Assembly (NCBI GenBank): GCA_002269645.1
Contig: NIVC01002241.1
Location: forward strand, 1 to 64,000
Direction: 5' to 3'
DNA: 64,000 nucleotides
Source of the DNA: Macrostomum lignano
Taxonomy: Eukaryota
In this document: positions 39,601 through 53,500 of the stretch, piece after piece
Layout of the letters: each line of letters begins with the position of its first letter
Numbering within the stretch: position 1 is the first letter of the stretch
Position numbers and translations under genes: made by a program
The notes under the pieces: generated by a model
Told to the model about the DNA's origin: nothing
Seen by the model: the letters and a program-made list of their open reading frames with translations, nothing else
The model's database searches: none

Positions 39601-42600
39601 GAGTGGCGCGCAACGTTGGCGCGCTAAGTCCGCGCTCCTCGCACATCCATTCGGCTCGACCGGGGCCGCCAGCGGAGGCCGATTCGAACATTCGCAGGGC
39701 GACTAGGCAGGCCACGTGATCAGAATTGGTGCCCCGGGCCAGGCCGCGCTGCTGACCGGTTAGCCAGCGCTGGCCAGGCGCCAGAACCAGCGCGTCGCCG
39801 GCGCTAGCGGCTGCGCAGACAGCGGCGCACGGTCGGGCTAAGCCAAGCGCGCAGCCCTGTAGCAGCATGCGTCCTGTTGGGTGCAAGAGAGTGGAGTGAT
39901 ATGCCTGCCAGAGTGCTGTACTTAAGTAGCCTTATAGAATATTCAGTATCATGTATGGTTCAAAGTTAAGAGCATGAATCAAAACTGTCTACGCGCACGG
40001 CGTTTACGTTGATTGTTTGCTGCTTGTTTTGATTTGTTTATCGTCAATATTAGTTTGTTATATCAATTGATCCTTTATTTACAGTGCGCTGTTATTTTGG
40101 CCATTACAAACTTGCCCTTGCGCTTATTTACTTGTGTACTTTCCCTTGCACTTTCGATTCAATGCGCCTTCAAGTTTTAACAATTAAGGTCGAAATCATT
40201 CTGCTGGCAGTTGCTACCGCCACTCCGTCTGAGGCAAAGCTAATGCAGACGCTTGCGAATGAAGTGTTGCAAATTGAATTCCATTGAAATTACGAAACTG
40301 TTAGACAAATTATCGGCTGTCGAGAAGATAGCTGAGACCTGCTTGTGTCCGAAAAAATTATAGATAGACCCACCAAGTGGCCTTTTTGTTAAAATAATGT
40401 CATCTTCAAATATATTACTCGTATTTCAAAATTTAACGGATTTTAATGTCCGCATGAGGAGTGCTGTTGGTATTGTGGCTGCTGCAGCTGCATGTTGTCT
40501 TGTGAGTATTGACGCAGTTTTGTAATTTTGTTTTGTAGTTTTGTGAGTATCGAAGGCATCAAGGCGTCCAATTCAGCAGGAAGCGACGTTCCGTGACGAA
40601 GATAGACCCTGGTATAGTGAATTGCAAACAATTTTCCAAGACTCGTCGAAAGGTAAGTCGAGGTCGCACCTACTTACCGGCAAGCCAGACGAAAGTCAGA
40701 CTAACCTGATCGGCTACGGCCGCTACGCGGATGACCTTACCGTTGCCAATCTGGATCTAATCTGCAGCTCTATTGAACAGCAGCTCAACGACTACCTAGC
40801 CGAACTCGCACCTTTCCTGGAGTCGCGCAAACTACAGATCTGGACTTCAAACTGCACGGCTACTTTCTTCAGCCCGGACCAGCGCGAGTACTCGCGTCGA
40901 CTGCACGTCTGCATCAACGGCACCCAGCTCCCGCAGGCCTTTTATCCGAAAATTCTGCACTGTAAATAAATAACGGCCATCGGGGGTCCGAATTGGAATT
41001 TCGGACCTTATAAAAAAATTCGGACCTCACAGAATGAGTCTTCAACAAAAATCAATGGAACTCATACTCGTATGATAGGGTGATGATAAATAAAATACAT
41101 AAACTCAAGCTAATTTAGTTCTTTTTCACCGGAGGATTTGCTAATACATTACATTAAACGTTGCAAGTTGTTTATTTTCTTAAAAGCTGTATTTGACCAA
41201 TCTAAAAGATGAAACTTGAATGTGATGAACCTTCGTATTTTAATACCATGAGCAGACGTGTCTAGCATCTATTGTAGGGCTTATTAAATAAGGCTTCAAG
41301 AAGAAAGTATAAAATATTTTTTAACTAGGCTCAGAGCCTAGAACTCTAGAAGGGCCAACCAACGGCCAAGGGTATTATGGATTATGGATGATTTTAAGTG
41401 CTAATTTTGCTCTTTTCAATCAACTAACATAAAGAAATTAGTGACACACACAATAGATCATACCATTCTTTAGGATATAACTTCATATTTATAGAATGCA
41501 TCGTTAGATTGAGTCTATGCCTAGTTCATCAAGTTCAATGTCAGTGGCAAGAAATTTAGATTCATTCACGCAGTGATGCCATATCTTTGCTCACTGCATT
41601 TCGCTAATCATGCTTTATTTGTTGCTGAATGATGATGCTGGTGCCCATAGTTCGCTGACACTAAGTAATATTTCTACAATCATTCATTTGCTTCTTAACA
41701 ATACATCACATCCATAAAGAACTGGGGATTCAATTCAAAGCGAAATAGCTCTTTGGATGGTGTTGTATTTATGTCCCCTCTACACAATCCCAAAATAGTT
41801 GTTTGAATTATGATTGATATTTAGAATTATTTAGAAGTAAATGAATGAACTGGTATCTTTTGTCAATCGTTGTTTTTGCTGTCAGTCTGGTTTTTTATGC
41901 ATTATTAATTGCATATTTTTGTATATAGTGTTCCTTACATGCTTTATTATAGCTAATGATATAATGTTACATGTTATCGGTGCATTTTTTACCTCATAAT
42001 TGGTTTTTGACAGTCACTAATACTTAGCTACTCTGAATGCCCGCATAATGCATTGTTTTTTTCTTGCTTTCAATTTCAATTGATTTCAATGCCTGTATAA
42101 TGTATTGCCTTGTACTTGCTTTCAATTACTTCTAAGCATCTTTTGTTGCTTGGCGAAATATAATTGTTCTTTTAAAAAGCACATCCAACACATTTACTAA
42201 ATTAAGAAAACCTTTGTCAGGAAAGCGTTCGCAAATGAAAACGGAAAAGAATGTATCTTTACAAAAATGGGTATTTTTACTCTTTGAACAAAATAAAACT
42301 TCCCTGGTAGCTATAACAATAATTAAATAAACTCCTCCTACAGTTCAATTATGAAAAAATGCAGTACGAAATCAACCAAGAGTTCCGTTTCAAGGATGCC
42401 ACGGACATTTAATTTGGACCTTCTGAGGACCTTCCTTTCGGACGTTTAAGGTCCGCATTGACGATAAGATCCGCATATATAGACGCCGCGGACCTTACAT
42501 AATGGACCTCCTGCGGATCTTCTTTCGGACCTTTACGAATCACAGTGTGGGCGTCAACTTCGACCACAAGCTGTCCTGAGACACGTCTCCACCCTTGCGT

Positions 42601-45600
42601 TGGAGTCGTCAGTTCACGACAAAGAGACAAGAGATTTCTTTGCAGTGGCTCCCTGACGACCAGAGTTATTGACAACGCGTCAGGCCAACCAATAAACCCC
42701 ATTTGACTCGGTCTGTGCCCCGAATAAATATTTAAAAATTTCAGTCATGCAAGACACTGCCAAAATCATGACAACTTCAAACAAATAGTTGGACTCTACC
42801 AACTGGAAGCTTGCCATTGCCACGGCAACTCTACGCCGACATCTACGACATCTCGTACATTCAAAAACAAACGACGCAAGTGCCACGAAGTCAGTGCAGT
42901 GCAAGAGCCGAAAATTACAGTGGCGGTCTGGACTGTAAGTGCCACGAAGTCAGTGCAGTGCAAGAGCCGAAATTACAGTGGCAGTCTGGTCTGTAAGTGC
43001 CACGAAGTCAGTGCAGTGCAAGAGCCGAAATTACAGTGGCAGTCTGGTCTGTAAGTGCCACGAAGTCAATGCAGTGCAAGAGCCGAAAATTACAGTGGCA
43101 GTCTGGTCTGTAAGTGCCACGAAGTCAGTGCAGTCCAAGAGCCGAAAATTACAGTGGCAGTCTGAACTGTAAGTGCCACGAAGTCAGTGCAGTGCAAGAG
43201 CCGAAATTACAATGGCAGTCTGGTAAGTGCCACGAAGTCAATGCAGTGCATTGAGTGCAAGAGCCGAAAATTACAGTGGCAGTCTGGTCTGTAAGTGCCA
43301 CGAAGTCAGTGCAGTCCAAGAGCCGAAAATTACAGTGGCGGTCTGTAAGTGCCACGAAGTCAATGCAGTGCAAGAGCCGAAAATTACAGTGGCAGTCTGG
43401 TCTGTAAGTGCCACGAAGTCAATGCAGTGCAAGAGCCGAAAATTACAGTGGCAGTCTGGTCTGTAAGTGCCACGAAGTCAGTGCGGTGCAAGAGCCGAAA
43501 ATTACAGTGGCGGTCTGTAAGTGCCACGAAGTCAATGCAGTGCAAGAGCCGAAAATTACAGTGGCAGTCTGAACTGTAAGTGCCACGAAGTCAGTGCGGT
43601 GCAAGAGCCGAAAATTACAGTGGCGGTCTGGACTGTAAGTGCCACGAAGTCAATGCAGTGCAAGAGTCGAAAATTACAGTGGCGGTCTGTGGCACTTAGT
43701 CTCAAACTTAACTTTTTACTTCAAATACGGTCGTAGTAACTTGTTTAACACTTTACTATAATATTTATGCACGTATAAATTGTGCCTAAAATAATGCAAC
43801 TTCATCCCATGATTAAATTGAACTTCCACATGATGCTTCATACGGCAACGCAGACGGCAATAACTTGATTCTCGACTATTGAAGTTGCAAAATGTTCTCA
43901 ATATCAGATGATTCATCAAAGAAAAGAAAAGAACAAGCACGATTTCAGCACGGTCTTCAACGGCATGGGTTGTTGGCTTTGCAAGAGATTGCTACCATTC
44001 GTGCTGTATTGAAATCCGAAAATTTTTTGAACATAGTTATTCGACAAGCTTGCCTTAGATCTTTAAAGTCAACTACAAGTACTATGCTTCAATGAGGCAA
44101 GTGCTGTTAGAGTGACAGATTTATGCAATACTAGACGTCATATATGCAGCTCTTACACTATCGATTGACTGTCTCTATTTGCCACCTTATTTGCCACTTG
44201 TAAAGAGCTGCTTGTGTGCACCAATGATGCGCATTCCTCCAGATCTTTGATCGAGATAAAAGAAGTTGCAAGCGACATTCTACGAGCAGTCGTATGGCAT
44301 CACCAATTAGCAAAGTCACGACCTTGAAAACCACAAAAATCACCAAGTTTTTAACTGGCTTGCCAAATTTTGTGAAGGAGATTACAAAATTTTCTTGTCC
44401 GTATGAATATTCACTTCGTTTCTTGTATGTTATTCACCAACAGCAATTTAATTTGTCCTGAGATACAAAAGTATTGCTTTAATTATTATTTAATATTTTA
44501 TGCCTATACCAATTTCAATGCCGAATTCCACGCCGTCTCCTGCATTGTAAGTGCAGGAGACAATATTTAGTCAGATTCTTCAACTTACTGGACTACCTCA
44601 GCTGAAAAGAAACCCAAAAATGGCTTCGTATCAAAGTTCTATAATTTAAGATATCATTTGGGAGGCTTGTGGCCCTGCAACTGAGGATCTGGGAGGGTGG
44701 CAGCCCAGCAAATGAGGATCTAGGAGGCTGGCCTAGCAACTGAGGATCTGGGATGGAGGCAGTCCAGCCTGAGTAGCTGGGAGGGTGGCTCAGCAACTGA
44801 GGACCTGGGAGGGTGACAGCCCAGCCTGAGTATCTGGGAGGGTGGCAGCCCAGCAAATGAGGATCTGTGAGGCTGGCCCTGCAACTGAGGATTTGGGAGG
44901 GTGACAGCCCAGCAACTGAGGATCTGGGAGGGTGACAGCTCAGCAACTGAGGATCTGGGAGGGTGACAGCCCAGCAAATGAGGATCTGGGAGGGTGGCTC
45001 AGCAACTGAGGATCTGGGAGGGTGGCAGCCCAGCAAATGAGGATCTGTGAGGCTGGCCCAGCAACTGAGGATCTGGGAGGGTGGCAGCCCAGCAACCGAG
45101 GATCTGTGAGGCTGGCCCTGCAACTGAGGATCTGGGAGAGTGGCAGCCCAGCCTGAGTATTTGGGGGGGGGGAGGCTAGCAGCCCAAATTGAGCATGAAG
45201 GTCAAGAGATCCAGCAGCATACCCAGTCGCGGCTCAAGCGGCAGCCTAGCAAGCAGGCGCCCCAGCGGGGTCAGCTCATCATTAGCGTCCAGCGCACGCA
45301 TCTCCCGCAGAGTGTGCTCAGCCTCCATAACGGCATCCAGTGGCGGCGGTTGCGGCGTCTTAGCCAGGAACTCCGGTATGGGTCCCAGCCGGAGCAGTTT
45401 GCCCATCAGCGACAGTTCGTGCAAGGGCGAGCGCAACAGTTCGGGAGTGACGTGAGCTTCCATTCGTTCCTGGCGAGCCCTGGAGCACAGGTGAAAGCAG
45501 AAGCCAGGCCTGGTGCGACCGGCCCGACCGCGCCGCTGCTCCAGGTTGGACTTGGCGGCCCAGACGGTGCAATAGTGAGTCAGGTTGTTCCTAGAGGTGA

Positions 45601-46018
45601 ACAGCTTCACCTTGGCTTTACACGAGTCGATTACAAATACAACATCGTTGATAGTGATGGAAGATTCGGCAATGTTGGTGCTTAGTATCACCTTGGTAAC
45701 GCCGTCTGGCACCGGTTCAAATACTCGACGCTGATCTTCGCGAGGAATCTGCGAGTGCAATGGCAGAATAGTGTAGGAGGCGTTCCCGAATTCCGGATGG
45801 TTCTGCAGGTGGCGCGCTAATGAGAATATGAGGCTCCAGCCAGGCAAGAAGATGAGCACTGCACCCGATACGGGCAGCGTCTGGATGTACCTGGATGAAA
45901 AAAGGTTTTAGGGGTTAGTTTTCGCATTTCTATAAGTGTTTTCGATATTCAGGTGAGTAGTATTTGTAACACTCGTAGTAATTAGCAGCAGTACAGTAAT
46001 AAAAGTAGTAGTAGTAGT

Positions 46019-46105
<87 letters not shown>

Positions 46106-46107
46106 AA

Positions 46108-46156
<49 letters not shown>

Positions 46157-47375
46157 CAATTAGCTCACCTGAGCAGAGCTTCAATCAATTCGAAGCTGGT
46201 CTCCCGTTCGGAAATTTTAGCCATGGCAGCTTTGGTCTCGGCCGAATATTCATCCGAGCAGATGAGGTTGCAGTTTTCATCTGCGGGATCGTCTGGCGCG
46301 CCGCCGACGCCGCCGCCTTGTCTTGTCTCTTGTCTTGTGATCCTTTTGTCGCCGGTAGGCGTGGATTACCCGAATGGTTACTCTCGTTCCCATCGGGTTT
46401 TTGACCTTGATATTGTTTAGGGAGGTGCTCTGGGTGGTCGGTCCAGAGCCACTCTGATAGGGGAAGGTTTGCCCCCGAAACATAGTTTTTACACTATGAT
46501 CGAGGGCCTCTCCCCCCCCCCCGGTTCTCTCTTTGCCGGCCGGAAGGCCGCCCGCTTGGCACCTCTTGACGGTGGAGAACCGTTGCACCAGCCGACGCCG
46601 CCGCCACCTCCGCCGTCTTCATCGTCGTCGTCGTCATCCTGGCCGGCGCGACCTCTGCCGCTTTTGCCTCGTTTTATCGGCGGCGGCGGCACAAATTTCA
46701 GCATTTCGATGCAGTCCTCTAGAAAATAACTTTGCACCGGATGAACCCGACCGTCGATTTGCATGCAGACGCAGGGGTTGAAGAATTCGGTAAACAGAGA
46801 GGTGTCAACCGTAGCGGACATTAGAATCAACCGAAGCTGCGGATTAGCCCTAATCACATCGCGCATAATAGCCATGACAAAGTCCGTGTTAGCGTCGCGC
46901 TCGTGAATCTCGTCGATGATCACGTGACTAACGCCGCGAAGGCCGCCTTCGAGCCGGCGCAGAAGGGTGCCGACTGTGACGTATTGTAGGGCCCCGTACG
47001 GCCGGGGCGTCACGGTCTCGAAGCGGACCGAGTAGCCGACGGAGATCCCGAGAGGCTCGGCGCGTTCAGCCGCGACTCGGTCCGCGATGCTGATGGCGGA
47101 GATGCGGCGCGGCTGGGTGACGATGATGTTGCAGTGGGCACCGCGGCCGCTAGACAGATAGTCGTCCAGGATGAACTGCGGCAGCTGGGTGGTCTTGCCC
47201 GAGCCGGTCTCGCCTCGGATCAGTGTGACGGAGTTTTCGTGTACAGCGGCCAGGAGCTGCTCCCGGTGCGCCGCGGCTGGCAGCTGGTTGCGTTCGGCTA
47301 GGAGGCGCTGGTACTCGGGATTGGCCGACTGCGGGATGGCATAGGCGTGTGGTTGACGGACAGACAGACAAACAA

Positions 47376-47430
<55 letters not shown>

Positions 47431-47453
47431 CAGACAGACAGACAGACAGACAC

Positions 47454-47508
<55 letters not shown>

Positions 47509-47509
47509 C

Positions 47510-47554
<45 letters not shown>

Positions 47555-50500
47555 ATACCAACCTCTGCAGCGAACTGCTCAGCCAGTCGTTGGCTGATCT
47601 CCTCCAACGAGGCGAACGCGTCCGGTCCTTCATCGATGTTGCAGGACTGCCAGGCGTTCCAGTTGGGCACAGGCGGAGACCAGGGCAGGGTGCAGGGCCG
47701 CTGCCTGCGATAGTTAATAGGTTTAAATGTGTGTAAAAAGTAAAAAAGAATCAAAACTCAAAAAGATGCAATCTTACTTAGGCGAGGGTTCAAAGTCGGT
47801 CACGTGATAATTGATAAGCAGGCTGACTCCCGCGTCTCCATTGGCGGCATCGGATCCGCCCGGATACTGCGCATCAGCAGCATCCCCAGCGTCATCTTGA
47901 TCTAGATTCGGCGGCCGGACCACCGGTCTCAGCTGCAGGTCCTGCAGCAGGCCGTCTAGCTGGGCTTCAATCTCTGACGCCAGGCGCAGCGTCAATTCCG
48001 GCACATCTTCGCCGCGCTTCTTTTTCGACCGACCAGTGTAGGCCTCGATGTCGCCTAGGTGGAACAGCTGGCGAACCAAGGATAAAGCGCAGGCTTTACT
48101 AGCGGTCTGCTTGTTTGAGCCGTGCTCAACTGCCGTGATGCTTCGGTTTGTTCGACGGCACTGGATAGTCATCTTGGCTGAGAAGCTTCTGCCAACGGGT
48201 TGTGATCAGGATTGTTAAAGCTGATGGCTTAATGGGAATGGGAATTGCTCAGATGGTCAGTGACTCAATGGGAATTGCTCAGATGGTCAGTGACTCAATG
48301 GGAATTGCTCAGATGGTCAGTGACTCAATGGGAATTGCTCAGGTGGTCAGTGACTCAATGGGAATTGCTCAGATGGTCAGTGACTCAATGGGAATTGCTC
48401 AGGTGGTCAGTGACTCAAAGAGAATTGCTCAGGTGGTCAGTGACTCAAAGGGAATTGCTCAGATGGTCAGTGACTCAATGGGAATTGCTCAGGTGGTCAG
48501 TGACTCAAAGAGAATTGCTCAGGTGGTCAGTGACTCAAAGGGAATTGCTCAGATGGTCAGTGACTCAATGGGAATTGCTCAGATGGTCAGTGACTCAATG
48601 GGAATTGCTCAGATGGTCAGTGACTCAATGGGAATTGCTCAGATGGTCAGTGACTCAATGGGAATTGCTCAGATGGTCAGTGACTCAATGGGAATTGCTC
48701 AGATGGTCAGTGACTCAATGGGAATTGCTCAGATGGTCAGTGACTCAATGGGAATTGCTCAGATGGTCAGTGACTCAATGGGAATCGCTCAGATGGTCAG
48801 TGACTCAATGGGAATCGCTCAGATGGTCAGTGACTCAATGGGAATTGCTCAGATGGTCAGTGACTCAAAGGGAATTGCTCAGATGGTCAGTGACTCAATG
48901 GGAATTGCTCAGATGGTCAGTGACTCAATGGGAATTGCTCAGATGGTCAGTGACTCAATGGGAATTGCTCAGATGGTCAGTGACTCAATGGGAATTGCTC
49001 AGATGGTCAGTGACTCAATGGGAATTGCTTAGATGGTAAATAACTCAATGGGAATTTCTCAGATGGTAAATAACTCAATGGGAATTGCTCAGGTGGTCAA
49101 TGACTCAAAGGGAATTGCTCAGATAGTAAATGACTCAAAGGAAATTAATGGCGAATCTGCTGATTTAACTAAGACTGAAACAAACAACCTCAATAATACG
49201 AATGCACTCAGACTCACCAGTTGGGCCATTCGAACAAAAAACCATGCACAATGTACTGTAACAGAGAGAAGACGGCGGCCTAAAATGTGAGGAATAGTTT
49301 TTATTCTGGTTGACCTAATAGATTGTTTTGTACTGCCGCTGTTTATATTACTTGTAAGTAGCATAATCAACATTTCCTCACAATTTAGGCCGCCATTAAA
49401 TTATAGCAAATTTCACCTAGCTCCGCTTGGCAACAAAATGTATATTGAGCACCAATTTGATGCCAAGTGATTTGATTTATAGATTAGGGAAAAGTTTCGC
49501 CGCAACAGGTGAGTCTGGTGCCTTCTTATCAATGCTATTAAATCAATCCAAATATAAAAGTACAAGCAGTTACTACCTTCGATGATCCGGGCCAATAGAA
49601 CTATAGTGATAATCGATTTTGCCTTGTTTAGTCGTCTGCAGGTACTGGTGCAGCCGGCTCTTGGCATTGTCTATGGTCCAGCCTCCGTGGATGTCGGCTG
49701 TGAAGTCAACTTCCTCGGCCTGCGATAAGAATCATATCAACAGGTATAATAGAGCTTTTGTCTATGGTAGCAAGGCCGGCACAGCGGCTTGGGCCCATAG
49801 ATTTTATATTCTCTAGATAGGAGCCGCTTTGTATTGCGGTAATAGGGAAAGTGCGACCCTTTTTTTGGTCACTTGTGTGAAAAAGCTGACATGAGTTCAG
49901 TAGCTTAGGGACATGGACGCTATTTTTTGAGAATTTGATAGAACTTCTCGTTTAGTAAGAGTAGATATGTATCTCAGTGGAATGGAACTTTCGTATCTCA
50001 GACATGCCCACAAATGAGTTAAATAAAAAGCTACTCAATCAAACTAACAATGATGCATGCACTGCAGAGACTACTGACGAAATTGAGTTCAGTAGTTGAT
50101 TTTCGCGCTGTTGCGACTAGCAGAGAAAGCGTATTCTGAGGAGCTGCTGCCACCCTTGCTACCATAGACAAAAGCTCAAATCTTTCCTTTGGCAAACACA
50201 TCTTGGATTAAATCCAATGCATCACCGAACCCACCTCTTCCAGTCGCTTCTGATCGGCAATTCTATCGATATAGCCATGCCTAGGTCCCCCCAGAGCGCC
50301 AGTTTGCGGGCCGCCACCTCCTATGCCAGCCTGGTCGGCAGCAGCGGCCTGGAACCCGACCGGACCGCCGCCAGCCATCACCGGTTTCTGATACGGGCCA
50401 GCGCCGCCAATAGCCGAGCATTCTAACGAGTCCTGAGTAAACTGCGGCACTTCAGAGGCCGTCATTTGGCCCTGCCTGACCAAATAGGCTACGAAATCTC

Positions 50501-53500
50501 TGGCTGCATTAGTCTGCGCGTCCTTCTTGCTTGTGGAGCTGCCGCGGGCTACATAGTCGAAACTGTCCACTCGAAGCTGCGGGTCGGTGGTGAGGAATAG
50601 GTAGGTAATAAGGTCTGTCTGTCTGTCTGTCTGTCTGACTGTCTGTCTCTGGTCTTAGTGTCTGTCTGACCATGTCTTAGTGTCTGTCTGGCTGTGTCTT
50701 AGTGTCTGTCTGTCTCCGTGTCTTAGTGTCTGTCTGACCATGTCTTAGTGTCTGTCTGACCATGTCTTAGTGTCTGTCTGTCTCCGTGTCTTAGTGTCTG
50801 CCTGACTGTGTCTTAGTGTCTATCTGACTGTGTCTTAGTGTCTGTCTGTCTCCGTGTCTTAGTGTCTGTCTGACCATGTCTTAGTGTCTGTCTGACCATG
50901 TCTTAGTGTCTGTCTGTCTCCGTGTCTTAGTGTCTGCCTGACTGTGTCTTAGTGTCTGTCTGTCTCCGTGTCTTAGTGTCTGCCTGACTGTGTCTTAGTG
51001 TCTGTCTGACTGTGTCTTAGTGTCTGTCTGTCTCCGTGTCTTAGTGTCTGCCTGACTGTGTCTTAGTGTCTGTCTGTCTGTGTCTTAGTGTCTGTCTGAC
51101 TGTGTCTTAGTGTCTGTCTGACTGTGTCTTAGTGTCTGTCTGTCTCCGTGTCTTAGTGTCTGCCTGACTGTGTCTTAGTGTCTGTCTGTCTGTGTCTTAG
51201 TGTCTGTCTGTCTGTGTCTTAGTGTCTGTCTGACCGTGTCTTAGTGTCTGTCTGTCTCCGTGTCTTAGTGTCTGTCTGACTGTGTCTTAGTGTCTGTCTG
51301 ACTGTGTCTTAGTGTCTGTCTGTCTCCGTGTCTTAGTGTCTGCCTGACTGTGTCTTAGTGTCTGTCTGTCTGTGTCTTAGTGTCTGTCTGACTGTGTCTT
51401 AGTGTCTGTCTGACCATGTCTTAGTGTCTGTCTGTCTCCGTGTCTTAGTGTCTGTCTGACTGTGTCTTAGTGTCTGTCTGACCATGTCTTAGTGTCTGTC
51501 TGACCATGTCTTAGTGTCTGTCTGACCGTGTCTTAGTGTCTGCCTGACTGTGTCTTAGTGTCTGTCTGACTGTGTCTTAGTGTCTGTCTGACCATGTCTT
51601 CGTGTGTGTCTGTCTCCGTGTCTTAGTGTCTGCCTGACTGTGTCTTAGTGTCTGTCTGTCTGTGTCTTAGTGTCTGTCTGACTGTGTCTTAGTGTCTGTC
51701 TGTCTCCGTGTCTTAGTGTCTGCCTGACTGTGTCTTAGTGTCTGTCTGTCTGTGTCTTAGTGTCTGTCTGACTGTGTCTTAGTGTCTGTCTGACTGTGTC
51801 TTAGTGTCTGTCTGACCATGTCTTAGTGTCTGTCTGTCTCCGTGTCTTAGTGTCTGCCTGACTGTGTCTTAGTGTCTGTCTGACTGTGTCTTAGTGTCTG
51901 TCTGTCTCCGTGTCTTAGTGTCTGCCTGACTGTGTCTTAGTGTCTGTCTGTCTCCGTGTCTTAGTGTCTGCCTGACTGTGTCTTAGTGTCTGTCTGACTG
52001 TGTCTTAGTGTCTGTCTGTCTCCGTGTCTTAGTGTCTGCCTGACTGTGTCTTAGTGTCTGTCTGTCTGTGTCTTAGTGTCTGTCTGACTGTGTCTTAGTG
52101 TCTGTCTGACTGTGTCTTAGTGTCTGTCTGTCTCCGTGTCTTAGTGTCTGCCTGACTGTGTCTTAGTGTCTGTCTGTCTGTGTCTTAGTGTCTGTCTGAC
52201 TGTGTCTTAGTGTCTGTCTGACCATGTCTTAGTGTCTGTCTGTCTGTGTCTTAGTGTCTGTCTGACTGTGTCTTAGTGTCTGTCTGTCTCCGTGTCTTAG
52301 TGTCTGCCTGACTGTGTCTTAGTGTCTGTCTGACTGTGTCTTAGTGTCTGTCTGTCTCCGTGTCTTAGTGTCTGCCTGACCGTGTCTTAGTGTCTGCCTG
52401 ACTGTGTCTTAGTGTCTGTCTGTCTGTGTCTTAGTGTCTGTCTGACTGTGTCTTAGTGTCTGTCTGACCATGTCTTAGTGTCTGTCTGTCTCTGTCTTAG
52501 TGTCTGTCTGTCTGTCTGACCGTGTCTTAGTGTGTCTGTCTGTCTGTCTGACCGTGTCTTAGTGTCTGTCTGTCTCCGTGTCTTAGTATCTGCCTGACTG
52601 TGTCTTAGTGTCTGTCTGACTGTGTCTTAGTGTCTGTCTGTCTCCGTGTCTTAGTGTCTGCCTGACTGTGTCTTAGTGTCTGTCTGTCTCCGTGTCTTAG
52701 TGTCTGCCTGACTGTGTCTTAGTGTCTGTCTGTCTGTGTCTTAGTGTCTGTCTGACTGTGTCTTAGTGTCTGTCTGACCATGTCTTAGTGTCTGTCTGTC
52801 TGTGTCTTAGTGTCTGTCTGACTGTGTCTTAGTGTCTGTCTGACCATGTCTTAGTGTCTGTCTGTCTCCGTGTCTTAGTGTCTGCCTGACTGTGTCTTAG
52901 TGTCTGTCTGACTGTGTCTTAGTGTCTGTCTGACTGTGTCTTAGTGTCTGTCTGTCTCCGTGTCTTAGTGTCTGCCTGACTGTGTCTTAGTGTCTGTCTG
53001 ACTGTGTCTTAGTGTCTGTCTGTCTCCGTGTCTTAGTGTCTGCCTGACCGTGTCTTAGTGTCTGCCTGACTGTGTCTTAGTGTCTGTCTGTCTGTGTCTT
53101 AGTGTCTGTCTGACTGTGTCTTAGTGTCTGTCTGACCATGTCTTAGTGTCTGTCTGTCTCTGTCTTAGTGTCTGTCTGTCTCTATGTCTTAGTGTCTGTC
53201 TGTCTCTGTCTTAGTGTCTGTCTGTCTGTCTGACCGTGTCTTAGTGTGTCTGTCTGTCTGTCTGACCGTGTCTTAGTGTCTGTCTGTCTGTCTGTCTGTC
53301 CAGTTATTAATAGTACAGTTATAATGAGTGGGTTCATCTACGAGTGTGACAAGATCAATGGTGACATAAAACACTCAGTTTAAAAAGGATCAGCAACAAA
53401 TCCAAGCTGTCTTACATCGCAAACAAACCGGGACCGTCCCCGGCCGGATTCTTGGCGCACTTCGTACGCGGGTGGCTGGTATTTTCTGGTGCCAAGCCAG

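Noticed and set aside
42409-42904. Two minus-strand ORFs suggesting a nested gene
   Set aside because: They straddle the CACTG-element terminus and are antisense to the decayed RT fragment.
43740-44450. Protein-like fragments after the 59-bp array
   Set aside because: Multiple stops in all frames and no identifiable domain.
45908-46184. Poly-Leu/poly-Thr ORFs and the poly-Met/Ile ORF at 36183-36725
   Set aside because: These are translations of (TAG)n and (ATC/ATT)n microsatellites.
49218-49279. AG/GT-bounded candidate exon in DHX9 intron 3
   Set aside because: Direct joining of 49577 to 48188 gives the conserved GPDHRRSFSAKM of dsRBD2. Including this segment would disrupt it.
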